Assembly: GCF_009914755.1 (NCBI RefSeq)
Contig: NC_060925.1
Length of the DNA stretch: 64,000 bases
Strand: one strand, 5' to 3'
Origin: the human T2T-CHM13v2.0 reference genome, Homo sapiens
A model generated the notes under the pieces. That model saw only the letters and a program-made list of their open reading frames with translations. It had not been told where the DNA came from and searched no databases. Positions 1-12,399 of the stretch are shown one piece after another. Each line of letters opens with the position of its first letter. Positions within the stretch are counted from its first letter, which is position 1. The position numbers were made by a program, and so were the translations under genes.

Positions 1-2189
1 TGAAGATATGTCATGAACTTTCTGAATACAATAACCATGATAAAATTGCTGTTTTCTGCCATGAAGAGATTAATATAAACCCTATAGTCTTCATAATATT
101 GTTTGTTTTAAAAAGTTCTATTTTTTTAATTTTTTGGGCAGTTCTTTTGAAGAATGACTTCCTCACATTTCTTTGCAAGTAAATGTCTCCTTCTGCTTAT
201 TTTTCCAACATGCTTTTGTTTCTGAGCCTTTCTTTCATGCTCTATACACACAAATCAGCAGGAGATAGTACCTGCAGCTGTATTTGGAGTTTACTGCCTC
301 AATGTTCACTTTCAATGAAAGAGCGTATTTCTTAACAGAAGACCAGAAATTCATGCTGAACCAATAAATTGTCCTCTATAGTTTTCATCTGCAAGGAGGA
401 TTTAAATATTTCTAGCTCAGTAGTTCAGCCCTGAAGATTATTTCACCCCCACTGCTAATCCCGACCTAATCTGTTTTTGTGTTGTTAATGCTCCTATATA
501 CTAGCCAGGTCCGTAATTCTGTAACAGGCTTAATTTCTTAATATTTTAGGCCATGTGTTAATTTTACTATTTCTTAGCCATTTTTCCTCAATAGTTTTAA
601 ATTGCATCCCTGCTTACTCTCCCTTTTACTGGATGGGCTTCCTCTGTTTACTAATACAATTCCCCAAATTGATTCATCCACTTGTTGAAATACCTAATTT
701 TAGGCCCTGCACTGACAGCTTGCCTAGGCTTATACTTGTTGTGTTTGGTGTTGCAGTCTTCAGATTCTAAAAACACCATCTAGACCTTACATTACCTCCA
801 GCCAGGGCTATTCCCCCAGGGCCTGCCTTAAGAAGCAGATTTCTTTTCATGTTTCATCTTCTTCCCATTTATTTCATTTCATGACAGTTAGAGAAGCTGT
901 ATACTAACGTGACAAATGCTAAGTTAGCAAAGAAAAACGTTATTTCAGGATAAGTTCAGGGAAAGCTTTTTGGAGGAAAGTCAGCTCACATTAGTCCTGA
1001 TGATGGATAGTGTATAGAGACTACAGATGATGGAACGATGAAGTGGAAACTCGAGTGGCTACATACGGACATTCCACATAGAAGCAGTGTGAGCAAAACC
1101 ACCAAGAAAGGAAATGAGATGGAATTGATAAGGCAATGCAAATAATTCAGGTTATTTAGATCATCAGTGTTGGGGGAAGCTGGGTTTATGGGAATCAATC
1201 GTTAATCAGAATGTGAGCACCATTGGTTTGGTAATTCATGGAAGAGGTTATCATTCAACAGGGGGAGTGGCTTCTCGATTATAAACATGTCTGAAGGTCA
1301 CTGAACATCAAGGCTATCCTTCAGTTAAAATCTTATTAAAATTATACTGACCTCTGATGACCTTCAGAGAGCTCCAGCTAGATGGATTGATGATAAGAGA
1401 AATTCGAGAAGGCAATGGGGCAAATCTTTGTGCAAATCTCTGTTATGTCATATATCTAAGGCTTCTGCTGGATCCAGTGATTTGTTTGTTCTGACTGTAG
1501 TACAAATCTATTGGAACAATAAATCTAGTTATAATAAATGACAGAGGGCATTGAAGCAGATGCAAGAAGCAAAATATACAGGTGTAAAGACAAACTATAT
1601 TAGGCCTCCCATCAAGCTTCTCTAATATTTTCACAGCACAGCCCTGCCTGACTTCTCTCTATCTGGGTAGGCCCCTTCTGTTTGCTAAACCAGTTCTCTG
1701 ATGTTGACTACCTGATTCTCTAGTCCTCAAGTTGACTCATCCTGTTTATTGAGAGTGACATTTTTAGACTACTAATAATATTTATATGTAAGAAAGAAAC
1801 TGGGTTTTTATATAAATATATAATCTTTTCAAATAAAAGATTATAATCAAGGAACTGTAAATAATAGAAAAATTACATAACGTTTCCCTATTTGGGGATT
1901 GGTTAAATGCAATATTATAGAAGTCTGAAAAAATAATGACTGTATTACAAAAGAATATAAAAATAATTGAAGACTAGGAATTATGTCTACCAACTAATTC
2001 AGTCATTTGGCTGTTTATTCTCATTTGAACAGTAGTGGATTAAGAAAAAAACAAAAAGACTTTCGACTTCCATCACAGGGAGAAAAGGATCAAGTACACA
2101 TTAGAGAAAGCTGATGGCAATGATTTCTAGTTTCAGTTTCTATTTTCTGTCAATTAACCATCATTTTGGTAAACAGCCTTTTTAAATAT

Positions 2190-2323
2190 CTTTTCTTTTA
2201 ATTTTTAAATTTTTACTTTAAAGACAGGGTCTCACTATGTTGCGAAGGCATTGGCCTCAAACTCATGGACTCAAGTGATCTTCCTGCCATAGCCTCCCTA
2301 GGTGCACATCACCATACCCAGCT
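2190..2323 (-). mobile_element. Degenerate Alu monomer (FLAM-like)
   Basis: T-rich tail followed by AGACAGGGTCTCACTATGTTG...CTCAAGTGATCTTCCTGCC, the antisense Alu left-monomer signature. Boundaries approximate. Confidence 0.7.
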
Positions 2324-2789
2324 ATTAATGTCTTTATAAAAGCATTTTTAACCCTACTGGTCTAGCTATTGCATCAAATAAATAGCTAATTCCATTGACG
2401 AAGGATTAGGGACTCACGAGTGAAAATAAATGTTTTATTTGGATAATGGCTACAAAATCTCAACAGTCAAAATAAATAAGAGATTAAAGCCATGATGATG
2501 ACTTAAAAGATAAAGTTAGGTAGAAATGTGAACTAAGGGAAATGACTCAACACATTCAGCAACACAAAACTGTGGCCTAAATTCACTCTGACAGTTGTTA
2601 TGCTATCTCCTGCTGCCCGAGTAAAGTAAGTTATGAACAAGACACATGAAGGGGATCAGGCAGACATATGGTCAAATGCTTTCTGTGCAATATGTCTGTC
2701 TCCATATTATCTTCTCTGTCTCATTGCACTTTGGACATTTTTATTCTTCCTGCAGATCTATTTTTATGAAGCAATGTGATTTAAATGAA

Positions 2790-2950
2790 AAGAGCACTGA
2801 ATTCTCAGCCAGATATTTGAGTTCTAGTTGAAGATTTATCACCTAGTGGTTATGAGATTTGGGGCAAATTGCTTAATCTCTCTCTTTCTTTACCACTTCG
2901 TTTGTAAGTTTTCTTGCCTCCCTTCAGGACTGTATTGGGGATCAATCAAT
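2790..2950 (+). mobile_element. Probable MIR fragment
   Basis: AGAGCACTGAA...TTTGAGTTCTAG...TTGGGGCAAATTGCTTAATCTCTCT resembles the MIR core. Heavily diverged. Confidence 0.45.
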
Positions 2951-4436
2951 GTTGAGTTGAAGGCAACATGGTTTAAGTTGGCTTAATGGAGAAGTGGTAA
3001 ATCACTTAAACGGGTAGTGTTTAAGTGAACAACACAGTGTAGAGGATGTTGGGCTGCATGAGGAAGTGTGGAAAAAAAGCATGCCATGAAAATATCATCA
3101 CAATCTCACATTTCTTCGTTTATTTGCACACTCTGAACACCTGCATGTGATAAAGACTGTGCAAGGTTCTCAGGATACCCAGGTAAAAATCACCACTTCT
3201 GCCAGTCTTGACTTTGCAAGCTTGAGGAGCAGACCTGGAGGAATTTGGCTATTACCACACCAAAGTTGTTCCTCACATTCCCTTTGACATATGGTCTCAG
3301 GAAAAAATGAAAAGAGTAAAAAAAAAAAAAAAGTCCTTCATTTTTGAAAGGAAAAGTCATAATTAATTTCTAGAAGGAGAAAGAAAAAAAGAGATAACAG
3401 TGTGTGAAAGGCTTAGAAAATGCTAGAGCACTACAGAAAGATAACGTGAGATTATGTCTAAGAGTAGCTTGGTTATTTTGCTTTTGTTGACAAAGTATAC
3501 CTCCTTCATTTTCATAGTTGTCATAATTCTTTCCATGATTTTCTTAGTGGGTTTGTTTAGGAGAAACTGTATTCTTTCTTTATTCATCTAACTCTCCTTA
3601 ACTCCAAAAGATGCTTCTTAGGATAACATTTTAAAAGGATATACATTACGCACATTTTTAATGCTTCTATACAGGACTGAAGGCCAATATTACCATGATA
3701 ATAAGGCATGTAACAAAAATTTGTTCTGCAGAGAGTGAGAAAGCGTGAGGGAAAACACAGTGCAGGATTCTATGCTGTCGCCCAAGAACCCAGACAGGCA
3801 AGTGAAATAATAGAGCAGACATTTCCTGAGGCTGTGGTCGATATGATTAGGAGATAGTGGGTAAAAATGGCCTTTAAACTATATACACATGAGAAGATAG
3901 ATGTGAAAGCCCATTGCAAAGGCAATAAAATTATGCAAATATAAAATATCACTATTAAAATGTATGATGAATTGACGTGCCATGAAAACAGTTCCAGTGC
4001 TGGGCCAGAAATCAGGAAACGTGGGCTTTTGGTTTCTCACCATTAAAATGAAGAAGTTGGATTTATACCCAAGGGCACCTTGTGGGCTGTATGGCTTCTA
4101 AGTAACTGGTCATAACAAAAGGGACACAATCAGGTCAGTTTCAAACCAAGAATAAAATGGGAAATTAAAGAACTGAATTGGCTACTTTCTGCTCAAATGA
4201 TTGTTAAAAATAAAGTTTAAAAAAAGCCCCAAGGACTATGCAGTGCAGTGAGCAGAGGCTCCCGATATTAAAAAGAAAACAAGGAAAATGGATTCCTGGT
4301 GATAGAAGTGGTGTGGGGGAAGACAAATAGTGTGGCTGCAAATGGAACAATATGCAAAAGAAAAGTAGCTAAATATAGCTCTTTTTTGGGAAAGAGATTG
4401 TGTCTAAGTCCATCAGTGGAAAGGCAACTTAATTGT

Positions 4437-4833
4437 TGTATAAGTCTGTTCAGGTTGCCATAACAAGATACCATACACCAAGTGGCTTAAACTATAGAAA
4501 TGTATTTCTCACACTTCTGGAAGTTGGGAAGTCCAAGATAAAGGTGGTAGCAAAGCGGATTCCTTTCTAAGGTCTCTTCCTATGGCCTGTAAGTGGCTGT
4601 AGATTCACTGTGTGCCCATGTGACCATTTCTTCGTGCACCAGGGGGAAGGCGGACAAGCAAGCTTTCTAGTGTCTCTCTTCTTGTAATGGCATTAATCTC
4701 AGCATGAGGACACCACTCTCATAACCTCTTTTAATCCTGATTACCTTTCAAAGGCCCCAGCTGCATAAATCATCACAGTGGGTGTTAGGGCTTCAACGTT
4801 TAAGTGCGGGAGTTGGTGTTCACATTTCAGTCA
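4437..4833 (-). mobile_element. MaLR (MLT1-family) solo LTR
   Basis: TGTATAAGTCTG...GCCATAACAA..TACCA...GGCTTAAAC...ATTTCTCACA.TTCTGGA...AAGTCCAAGAT.AAGG is the typical MLT1 reverse-strand start. Ends near GGGTGTTAGGGCTTCAAC...CACATTTCAGTC. Confidence 0.75.
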
Positions 4834-5094
4834 ATTGAGGTGGCAATTGAAATGAGAAAGGAAAACCATAGTTACTAGAGAGAACGGTTGTCTTGGGGAG
4901 GATCACTGGACAGGACTACGGTCCTGTCCAGGTTGTTATGGCAACCTGAACAGACTTATACAACAATCCAGTCCTAGAGGCAATACAACTTCTCTGCTGA
5001 TTCCAGATTCTGAGCGCCTCTCAGTCCTTGGTTGGGTTGTTTTGATCCTGTCCATATTATATTTATAAATATTCTCTTCATAAAACTCTCTTTA

Positions 5095-5385
<291 letters not shown>

Positions 5386-5465
5386 TTAAATCACACATCC
5401 GAGTGTGCCCCTTGTTTCCCACCAGAGCCAAGACTGAATGAGATGATTTCTTAAGGTCAGGTTGA

Positions 5466-5611
5466 TGTCCTAATCCAGTTGTGCTGCTATAACAAAATAC
5501 CACAGAGTGAGTAACTTATAAACAACAAAAATTTATTGCTCAAGTTATGGAGGATGGTCAGTCCAAGATCAAGTTGCCAGCAGGTTCAGTGTCTAGTGAA
5601 GGCCCATTCCT
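5466..5611 (-). mobile_element. MaLR (MLT1/MST) LTR fragment
   Basis: GCTGCTATAACAAAATACCACAGA...AAATTTATTGCTCA...AGTCCAAGATCAAG motif. Truncated where the Alu begins. Confidence 0.7.
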
Positions 5612-5882
5612 CTGTCATCCAGGCTGAAGTGCAGTGTTGCAAGCTTGGGTCACTGCAACCTTCACCTCCCAGGCTCAAGTAACCCTCCCACCTCAGCCTC
5701 CTGAGTAGCTGGGACCACAGGTGCTCACCACCATGCCTGGCTAATTTTTTTTTTTTTTTTTTTTTTTGTAGAGATGGGGTTTCACCATGTTTCCCAGGCT
5801 GGTCTCAAACTCCTGGACTCAGGCAATCTGCCAGCCTCCTGAGGGAGTGCTGGGATTACAGGCATGAGCCACTGTGCCCACC
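5612..5882 (-). mobile_element. Older Alu (J/S-like), tail-less
   Basis: Antisense Alu dimer (CAGGCTGAAGTGCAGTG...GTAGAGATGGGGTTTCACC...GAGCCACTGTGCCC) with an expanded central T-run. No terminal poly(T). Confidence 0.85.
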
Positions 5883-5944
5883 CCCAAAATTCTACTCATA
5901 TATATGCATAATTACATAGTTACCAGCCGTTATTTTCTGATACT

Positions 5945-6527
5945 TTGACTGGCAATTGGTTGAAAGAGTTTATCTAAAGACCTGGAATCCATAGAAGGCA
6001 GTCTCTGTGTTAAGGGGTTGTTCTTATTATGCAGATGAAGCCTCCAGGTAGCAGGCTTCAGAGAGAATTGATTGTAAATGTTTCTTATCAGACTTAAAAA
6101 GGTGCCTAGATTAGGGAAAAGGCCTGGAAAGGGATTCCCTGTAGCATGTAGACTTTCCCCACAAGAGACAACTTTGTAGGGACATTTCAAAATATGATAA
6201 AAAATGTATTTTAGGGTAAAATATTTGTATTTCTTTCAGGGCCTGCTATCTGTCATGTAATGCTACACTAGAGTCAGCCTGGAGTTTGGTGTCTTATTGC
6301 TACAAAAAGTCTTGAGATCGCTGTTGTAATGTCAGTTGGGCCTGGTCGGATGTGCTGGTCAGTTGTGCCTGAATTCCAAAGGAAGGAGGGTATAATGAGG
6401 CATATCTGACCCCTACTTCCCATCATGGTCTGAACCAGTTTTTCAGGTTAACTTTGGAATGACCCTGGCTGAGAGGAGGGGTGCATTCAAATAGTTGAGG
6501 GGCTTGGAATTTTATTTGTGGTTTACA
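5945..6527 (-). mobile_element. ERV1 MER4-family LTR
   Basis: Reverse complement begins TGTAAACCACAAATAAAATTCCAAGCCCCTCAAC. Contains GCAGATGAAGCCTCCAGGTAGCAGGCTTCAGAGAGAAT, typical of MER4 LTRs. Subfamily not determined. Confidence 0.7.
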
Positions 6528-7479
6528 CTATAGAAAGTATTTTTCCAGTATTACCTGGACAATGTGTCTCCCTGTCAGTATCCAGGAATGGCACCTGGAT
6601 CAAGCATTTAGTGTTCAGTTGCTACACTCTCACCTAATCCCTCATTTTCAATATTTTGCCATGTTTTCCAGTGACCCAACTGGCCACCATGTCACAGACT
6701 TTATGGTCTCCAAGGGAGACCCCTCCATTTCATGTTTTGTGATTTGAGCAACAGACTGGAATCTACTTGAAATTTGCAAATGGTCTTTGACTTGGGCTTT
6801 CCAATTTTGCTCTACTTCACAGTGTTTTCTGGGTTATATACAAGGGAGATGATCCAGTCATTTGTTAAGCGCCTCAAATAAGACATGCCCTAGATGTTTT
6901 TTTGTTTGTTTTGTCAAATTGGGATTATCTTTGTGTCTTTGGAGAATATAAAATACTAACATGAGGTAAGCACTAAGGTTCTGAGATGGCCGTGGAAGAG
7001 ATGACAAACTCCATCACCATGCCTGAGAGTGTCCAATCGTCTCTGCGGGGGCCACATATTTTTGTATTACACTGTATTTGAAATAACAACAACAACAACA
7101 AAAAACCCTTCAAGATTCATAAAATTGGACAACTGTCTTTGTAACACTTCTAGTGGTAAAACCAGTAAGGATGGCTAGTTTGCAACCCATCTGAGCAGCC
7201 TCTCTGGTTTCATAGATATGTTTTCTCTCTGACATTGAACGGCTTTCAACTTGAAACGGAATGCTACATCACAAAGATAAACAGGTTTGAAAGGAACCGG
7301 TTTTCCTTGTAATCCTAAACGTTCAAGTCTGCGCATTAAAAGACATTATCTGAAGAAGGGTGCACAAGCTTCCTGTTGGCCGCCAGAAGGGTTCTCTGCA
7401 GGACACAGATCAAGTACCACAGTCTTAGGGGGAGACCAGACGCGGGATCTCTGCACACCTCCCCAAAGGACAATGGCAG

Positions 7480-7857
7480 GAGGAAAAGGAGAAAGAGACA
7501 GACGTCACTTCCTCCGCCAGCTCCGGCAGCGGGTTGATCGGCTGAGTCGGCGGAGGGTGGGGCGGAAGAGCAGACGGGGACTGGGAAAGGCGCTGTCGGT
7601 GACATCACGGATAGGGCGATTTCTATGTAGATGAGGCAGCGCAGGGGCTGCTGCTTCGCCACTAAGGAGTTCCCGTGCCGTGGGAGCGGGTTCAGGACCG
7701 CTGGTCGGACCTGAGAGTCCCAGCTGTGTGTCAGGGCTAGGAGGGCTGTGGGCGGTGGGGGGGTGGGGTGGGGGGGGGGGTCGTTCGCGGGGCAAGTGAC
7801 CGTGCGTGTAAAGGGTGAAGCGTGTGAGGCTGTGGCGGGGCGGAGGTGCAAAAGCTC
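7480..7857 (+). promoter_or_regulatory. U1-type snRNA promoter in CpG island (DSE + PSE)
   Basis: Octamer-like ATGTAGAT (7625-7632) in the U1 DSE context GGGCGATTTCTATGTAGATGAGGCAGCGCAG. PSE TGACCGTGCGTGTAAAGGGTG at 7797-7817 (about -61 to -41). GACGTCACTTCC CRE/ETS composite at 7501-7512. Confidence 0.9.
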
Positions 7858-8022
7858 ATACTTACCTGGAAGGGGAGATACCATGATCACGAAGGTGGTT
7901 TTTCTCAGGGCGAAGCTTATCCATTGCGTTCCGGATGTGCTGACCCCTGCGATTTCCCCAAGTGTGGGAAACTCGAGTGCATAATTTGTGATAGTAGGGA
8001 ACTACGTTCGCGCTTTCTCTTG
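7858..8022 (+). ncRNA. RNVU1: Variant U1 snRNA (RNVU1 family; possibly RNVU1-14)
   Basis: ATACTTACCTGG start. Colinear with canonical 164-nt U1, with about 13 substitutions and one inserted T (165 nt). U1-70K loop GATCACGAAG and Sm core AATTTGTG present. Has a genuine U1 promoter rather than a poly(A)/TSD retrocopy structure. Confidence 0.95.
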
Positions 8023-8384
8023 GTGCTTCTGTGGTGCGAATAGTAGGTGAGCCGTAAGTGTTTTTGTAATTCAGGGTGCGGGCTCGTGTTTTGTGGCTGT
8101 GTTCTGTCCGGTCAGTTGTTTCCGTTCGCAACGGTTAGTTTTCCTTTGTGAGGCCATGTTTGGGGACAGCTTAGAACTATCCACTTGCTCTCTTGGGAGG
8201 CGAATTTCAGTCTCTGTTGGTTGGGTTGTTCTCCCAGGTTAGCTGCCGCGGTACTTGCTAGGTGGAGCTCAGGGATCAAGGGTCGGGAGCTTTCTGGTTT
8301 GTTCAGTGCTCCCAGGGCTTCTAACATCTCTTAAAAACTCTGGTGTTTTCTGTCATCCTCGGAGTTACCTCTTAGCCTCTGTTT

Positions 8385-8677
8385 TTTTGTTGTTGTTTTT
8401 TCCCCCCCTCCCTAAGACAAGTCTCGCTGTACCGTCCAGGCTGGAGAAGTGGCGCGATCTTCCCATCTCAGGCTCCCGAGTAGGACAACCGCACGCCACC
8501 ACACCCGGCTAGTTTTTTCTCTTTTTTTTTTTTTCTTTTCTTTTCTTTCTCTTTCTTTTTCTTTTTTCGTAGCGGTTTCACCATTCTGCTCAGGCTGGGC
8601 TCCAACTCCTGGGCTCAAGTGGTCCGCCCAGCCTTCTGAAGTGCTGGGATTACAGGTGCGATCCATCTTGCCCTGGC
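8385..8677 (-). mobile_element. Diverged Alu (AluJ-like)
   Basis: Antisense Alu motifs CAGGCTGGAG..GTGGCGCGATCT, CACCACACCCGGCTA, AACTCCTGGGCTCAAGTG, GTGCTGGGATTACAGGTG. Confidence 0.75.
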
Positions 8678-9581
8678 AGCTCCTGCTTTTCACCACAGCA
8701 TTCACGGGAGTTTGTAGGATTTCTGTGCTGGGGAAACGTGTACTCAGTTAATAGAGCCAGGTGGAAGTTGTACTCAGAACTGGTGGTTTTCTTTGGAATG
8801 AAAACCGTGCATGTTGGGGGCTCTTAGTGTCCCCGTTCGGTTGTAGGCATAACACCCTTGCTTTGTGTAGGGGGAGGGCTTTGCCCATGCCCTGGTGCCC
8901 CGGCGCAGGGCATCGAGGCCTGCAGTTCAGAACCGCAGTCTAACCTATGTCTTGGCGGAATACCCTGCTAAGTCTCCCTGGAATGTAAGATGGGAGGTCT
9001 TGTGAGGAGGTTTCTACAAGTAAGAAAACAAATTTCCATTCGGTTTTTATTGACAAAATTGAAAATTATAATAACTGAGTCCAGCCTCTCAGATGACAAA
9101 TGTCTTTTGCACTGAGAGCTGGGAACCGCCGCTTGCCTCAGCTCCTGCGTGCAGGTGCAGCCCTCGCTTCCCTCCACACTTTCTCCAGCGGGTGTCAGTT
9201 CCTCCACCAGAGGCAGACAGCGTTCTGCAGAACCACAGCGCTCAAGGCCTTCGAGAGCCAAAAATCTCGGAGCGAGCTGCCCTGTCCTGGCTGTACCTCA
9301 CGACTGACCTAGAAATGGCCTTTGCTGGGAGCAAAGGGTAGGGGGGAGATGGTCGTCGGAGCTGGGGCCTGTGCACTGGACCAGGTTGACCCACGGGAGG
9401 GGAGGTACCCAGAGTTAGAAGGGGGCCAAGCACTGAGACCTCACCATCCTCAATCTCCAAAAGGACTCAGAGAGATGCAGAGACTGAGACAAGCTTCCTT
9501 TTTCAAGGAAAGAGAAAACTACTGAGGAAGGCCCCAGGGGCTCTGAACCAAAATCCAGACTTTTTTTTCCACCTGCAGCTT

Positions 9582-9882
9582 TTTGTTTTTATTTTTGCTT
9601 GAGAAGGTGTCTCGGTCTGTTGCCTGGGCTGGAGGGCAGTGGCGCAATTTCGGCTCATTAAAACCTCCATCTCCCGGGTTCAAGCAATTCTCCTGCCTCG
9701 GCCTCCCTAGTAGCTGGGACTACAGGTGCCCGCCATGACGCCCGGCTAATTTTTGTATTTTTATTAGAGACGAGGTTTCACCATGTTGGTCAGGCTGGTC
9801 TCAAACTCCTGATCTCAAGTGATCCACCCACCTCAGCCTCCCAGAGTGCTGGGATTACAGGTGTGAGCTACCGCGCCCAGCC
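9582..9882 (-). mobile_element. AluS element
   Basis: Full-length antisense Alu flanked by TSD CACCTGCAGCTT (9570-9581 / 9885-9896). Confidence 0.92.
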
Positions 9883-10079
9883 CGCACCTGCAGCTTAATC
9901 CCATTTCGCTGGTGCAACTTCATCCTTCCGTATGCTCAGGCCAATAAACAGTACTGTAGGCTGGTCGTTCTTTGACCCCCATACATCCTATTGGTCGGAA
10001 AATTATGTTTTCTCTTTGGTTAACCGCAGACTTTGATATGCACACTCTTTCTTGGTCTGAAACCCACCCAATAGTCCCA

Positions 10080-10790
<711 letters not shown>

Positions 10791-11283
10791 CTCTGAACTT
10801 TGACAAAGGAATCTCCTGATAAAGGCGGGATCGATTTTACTGACCAAGCTGAAAACGATCAGACGTTTGAAAGCCTTAATCTCGGAGCCTGTCGGAGTTT
10901 GGTCTGCCCTTGAGGCTTTTCTTTGGGCCTACCAGTCAAAATCAGCCTGGCCAAACCTGTCTTCAAGGACCAGGGGCAGGGCCGGCTTCTCCCGCCGGGT
11001 CGGCAGCCACCTTCCCCTTCCCTGTGACTTGAAGAGAAGCTTCAGGGGGCGTTTATTCAATTTGCGAGGAGCCTGCGAGGCGCAGGTGCGCGGTGACTCT
11101 GTGGTTCCCACCGCACCCGCTGCCCTCTTTGGTCCTCTCGCTGTCACCGGCGGGCAGTAACGTTCCGGGTGAGCTAGGGCTCCGAAGACACCAGGCAGGG
11201 AGGGACCAGTGGGTAAGGGCACCGCCCGTTTAGGTCCTGCGCAGGAGGGATCCGAAAAAGGTCTTGAAGAAATAGAAAGGGAG

Positions 11284-11586
11284 GGCCAGATGCGGTGGCT
11301 CACGCCTGTAATCCCAGCACTTTGGGAGGCCGAGGTGGGTGGATCACGAGGTCACGAGTTCGAGACCAGCCTGGCCAAGATGGTGAAACCCTGTCTCTAC
11401 TAAAAATACAACAAGTAGCCGGGCACGGTGACGGGCGCCTGTAATCCCAGCTACTCAGGAGGCTGAGGCAGGAGAATCTCTAGAACCCAGGAGGCGGAGG
11501 TGCAGTGAGCTGAGACTGCCCCGCTGCACTCTAGCCTGGGCAACACAGCAAGACTCTGTCTCAAATAAATAAATAAATAAATAAAT
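11284..11586 (+). mobile_element. AluS (Sg-like) with (AAAT)n tail
   Basis: Full dimer. TSD AAATAGAAAGGGAG (11270-11283 / 11587-11600). Confidence 0.93.
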
Positions 11587-12119
11587 AAATAGAAAGGGAG
11601 AGTTGGAAGTAGATCAAAGAGAAGAAAAGAAATCCTAGATTTCCTATCTGAAGGCACCATGAAGATGAAGGCCACCTCTTCTGGGCCAGGTCCTCCCGTT
11701 GCAGGTGAACCGAGTTCTGGCCTCCATTGGAGACCAAAGGAGATGACTTTGGCCTGGCTCCTAGTGAGGAAGCCATGCCTAGTCCTGTTCTGTTTGGGCT
11801 TGATCCTGTAGCACTTGATTGTCTCTCCTGGACTTTCCATGGATTCCAGGGATGCAACTGAGAAGTTTATTTTTAATGCACTTACTTGAAGTAAGAGTTA
11901 TTTTAAAACATTTTAGCAAAGGAAATGAATTCTGACAGGTTTTGCACTGAAGACATTCACATGTGAGGAAAACAGGAAAACCACTATGCTAGAAAAAGCA
12001 AATGCTGTTGAGATTGTCTCACAAACACAAATTGCGTGCCAGCAGGTAGGTTTGAGCCTCAGGTTGGGCACATTTTACTTTAAGCGCACTGTTGGTGGAA
12101 CTTAAGGTGACTGTAGGAC

Positions 12120-12299
12120 TTATATATACATACATACATATAATATATATACATATTTATGTGTATACACACACACACACACACACACAGGGTCTTGCTA
12201 TCTTGCCCAGGGTGGTCTCCAACTCTGGGTCTCAAGCGATCCTCTGCCTCCCCTTCCCAAAGTGCTGGGATTACAGGTGTGAGCCACCTCGCCCAGGCC
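12120..12299 (-). mobile_element. FLAM/Alu monomer with (TA)/(CA) microsatellite tail
   Basis: TA/CA repeats at 12120-12189, followed by CAGGGTCTTGCTATCTTGCCCAGG...GAGCCACCTCGCCCAGGCC. Confidence 0.8.
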
Positions 12300-12399
12300 A
12301 TTTTAATTTTAATTTAATACTTTTAATTTGAATACACAATCCAAAAATCATATAACAAGTACAGGAAACCCACTTTATGCCAAGTTTACAAAAACAGGA

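Noticed and set aside
1-4400. Short ORFs and possible L2/MIR traces in the AT-rich flank
   Set aside because: No supportable coding exons; the repeats are too degraded to call without RepeatMasker.
7287-8131. Overlapping ORFs, including a 184-aa minus-strand ORF, across the U1 promoter
   Set aside because: By-product of the GC-rich, stop-poor CpG island and G-tract; the region is explained by the snRNA gene.
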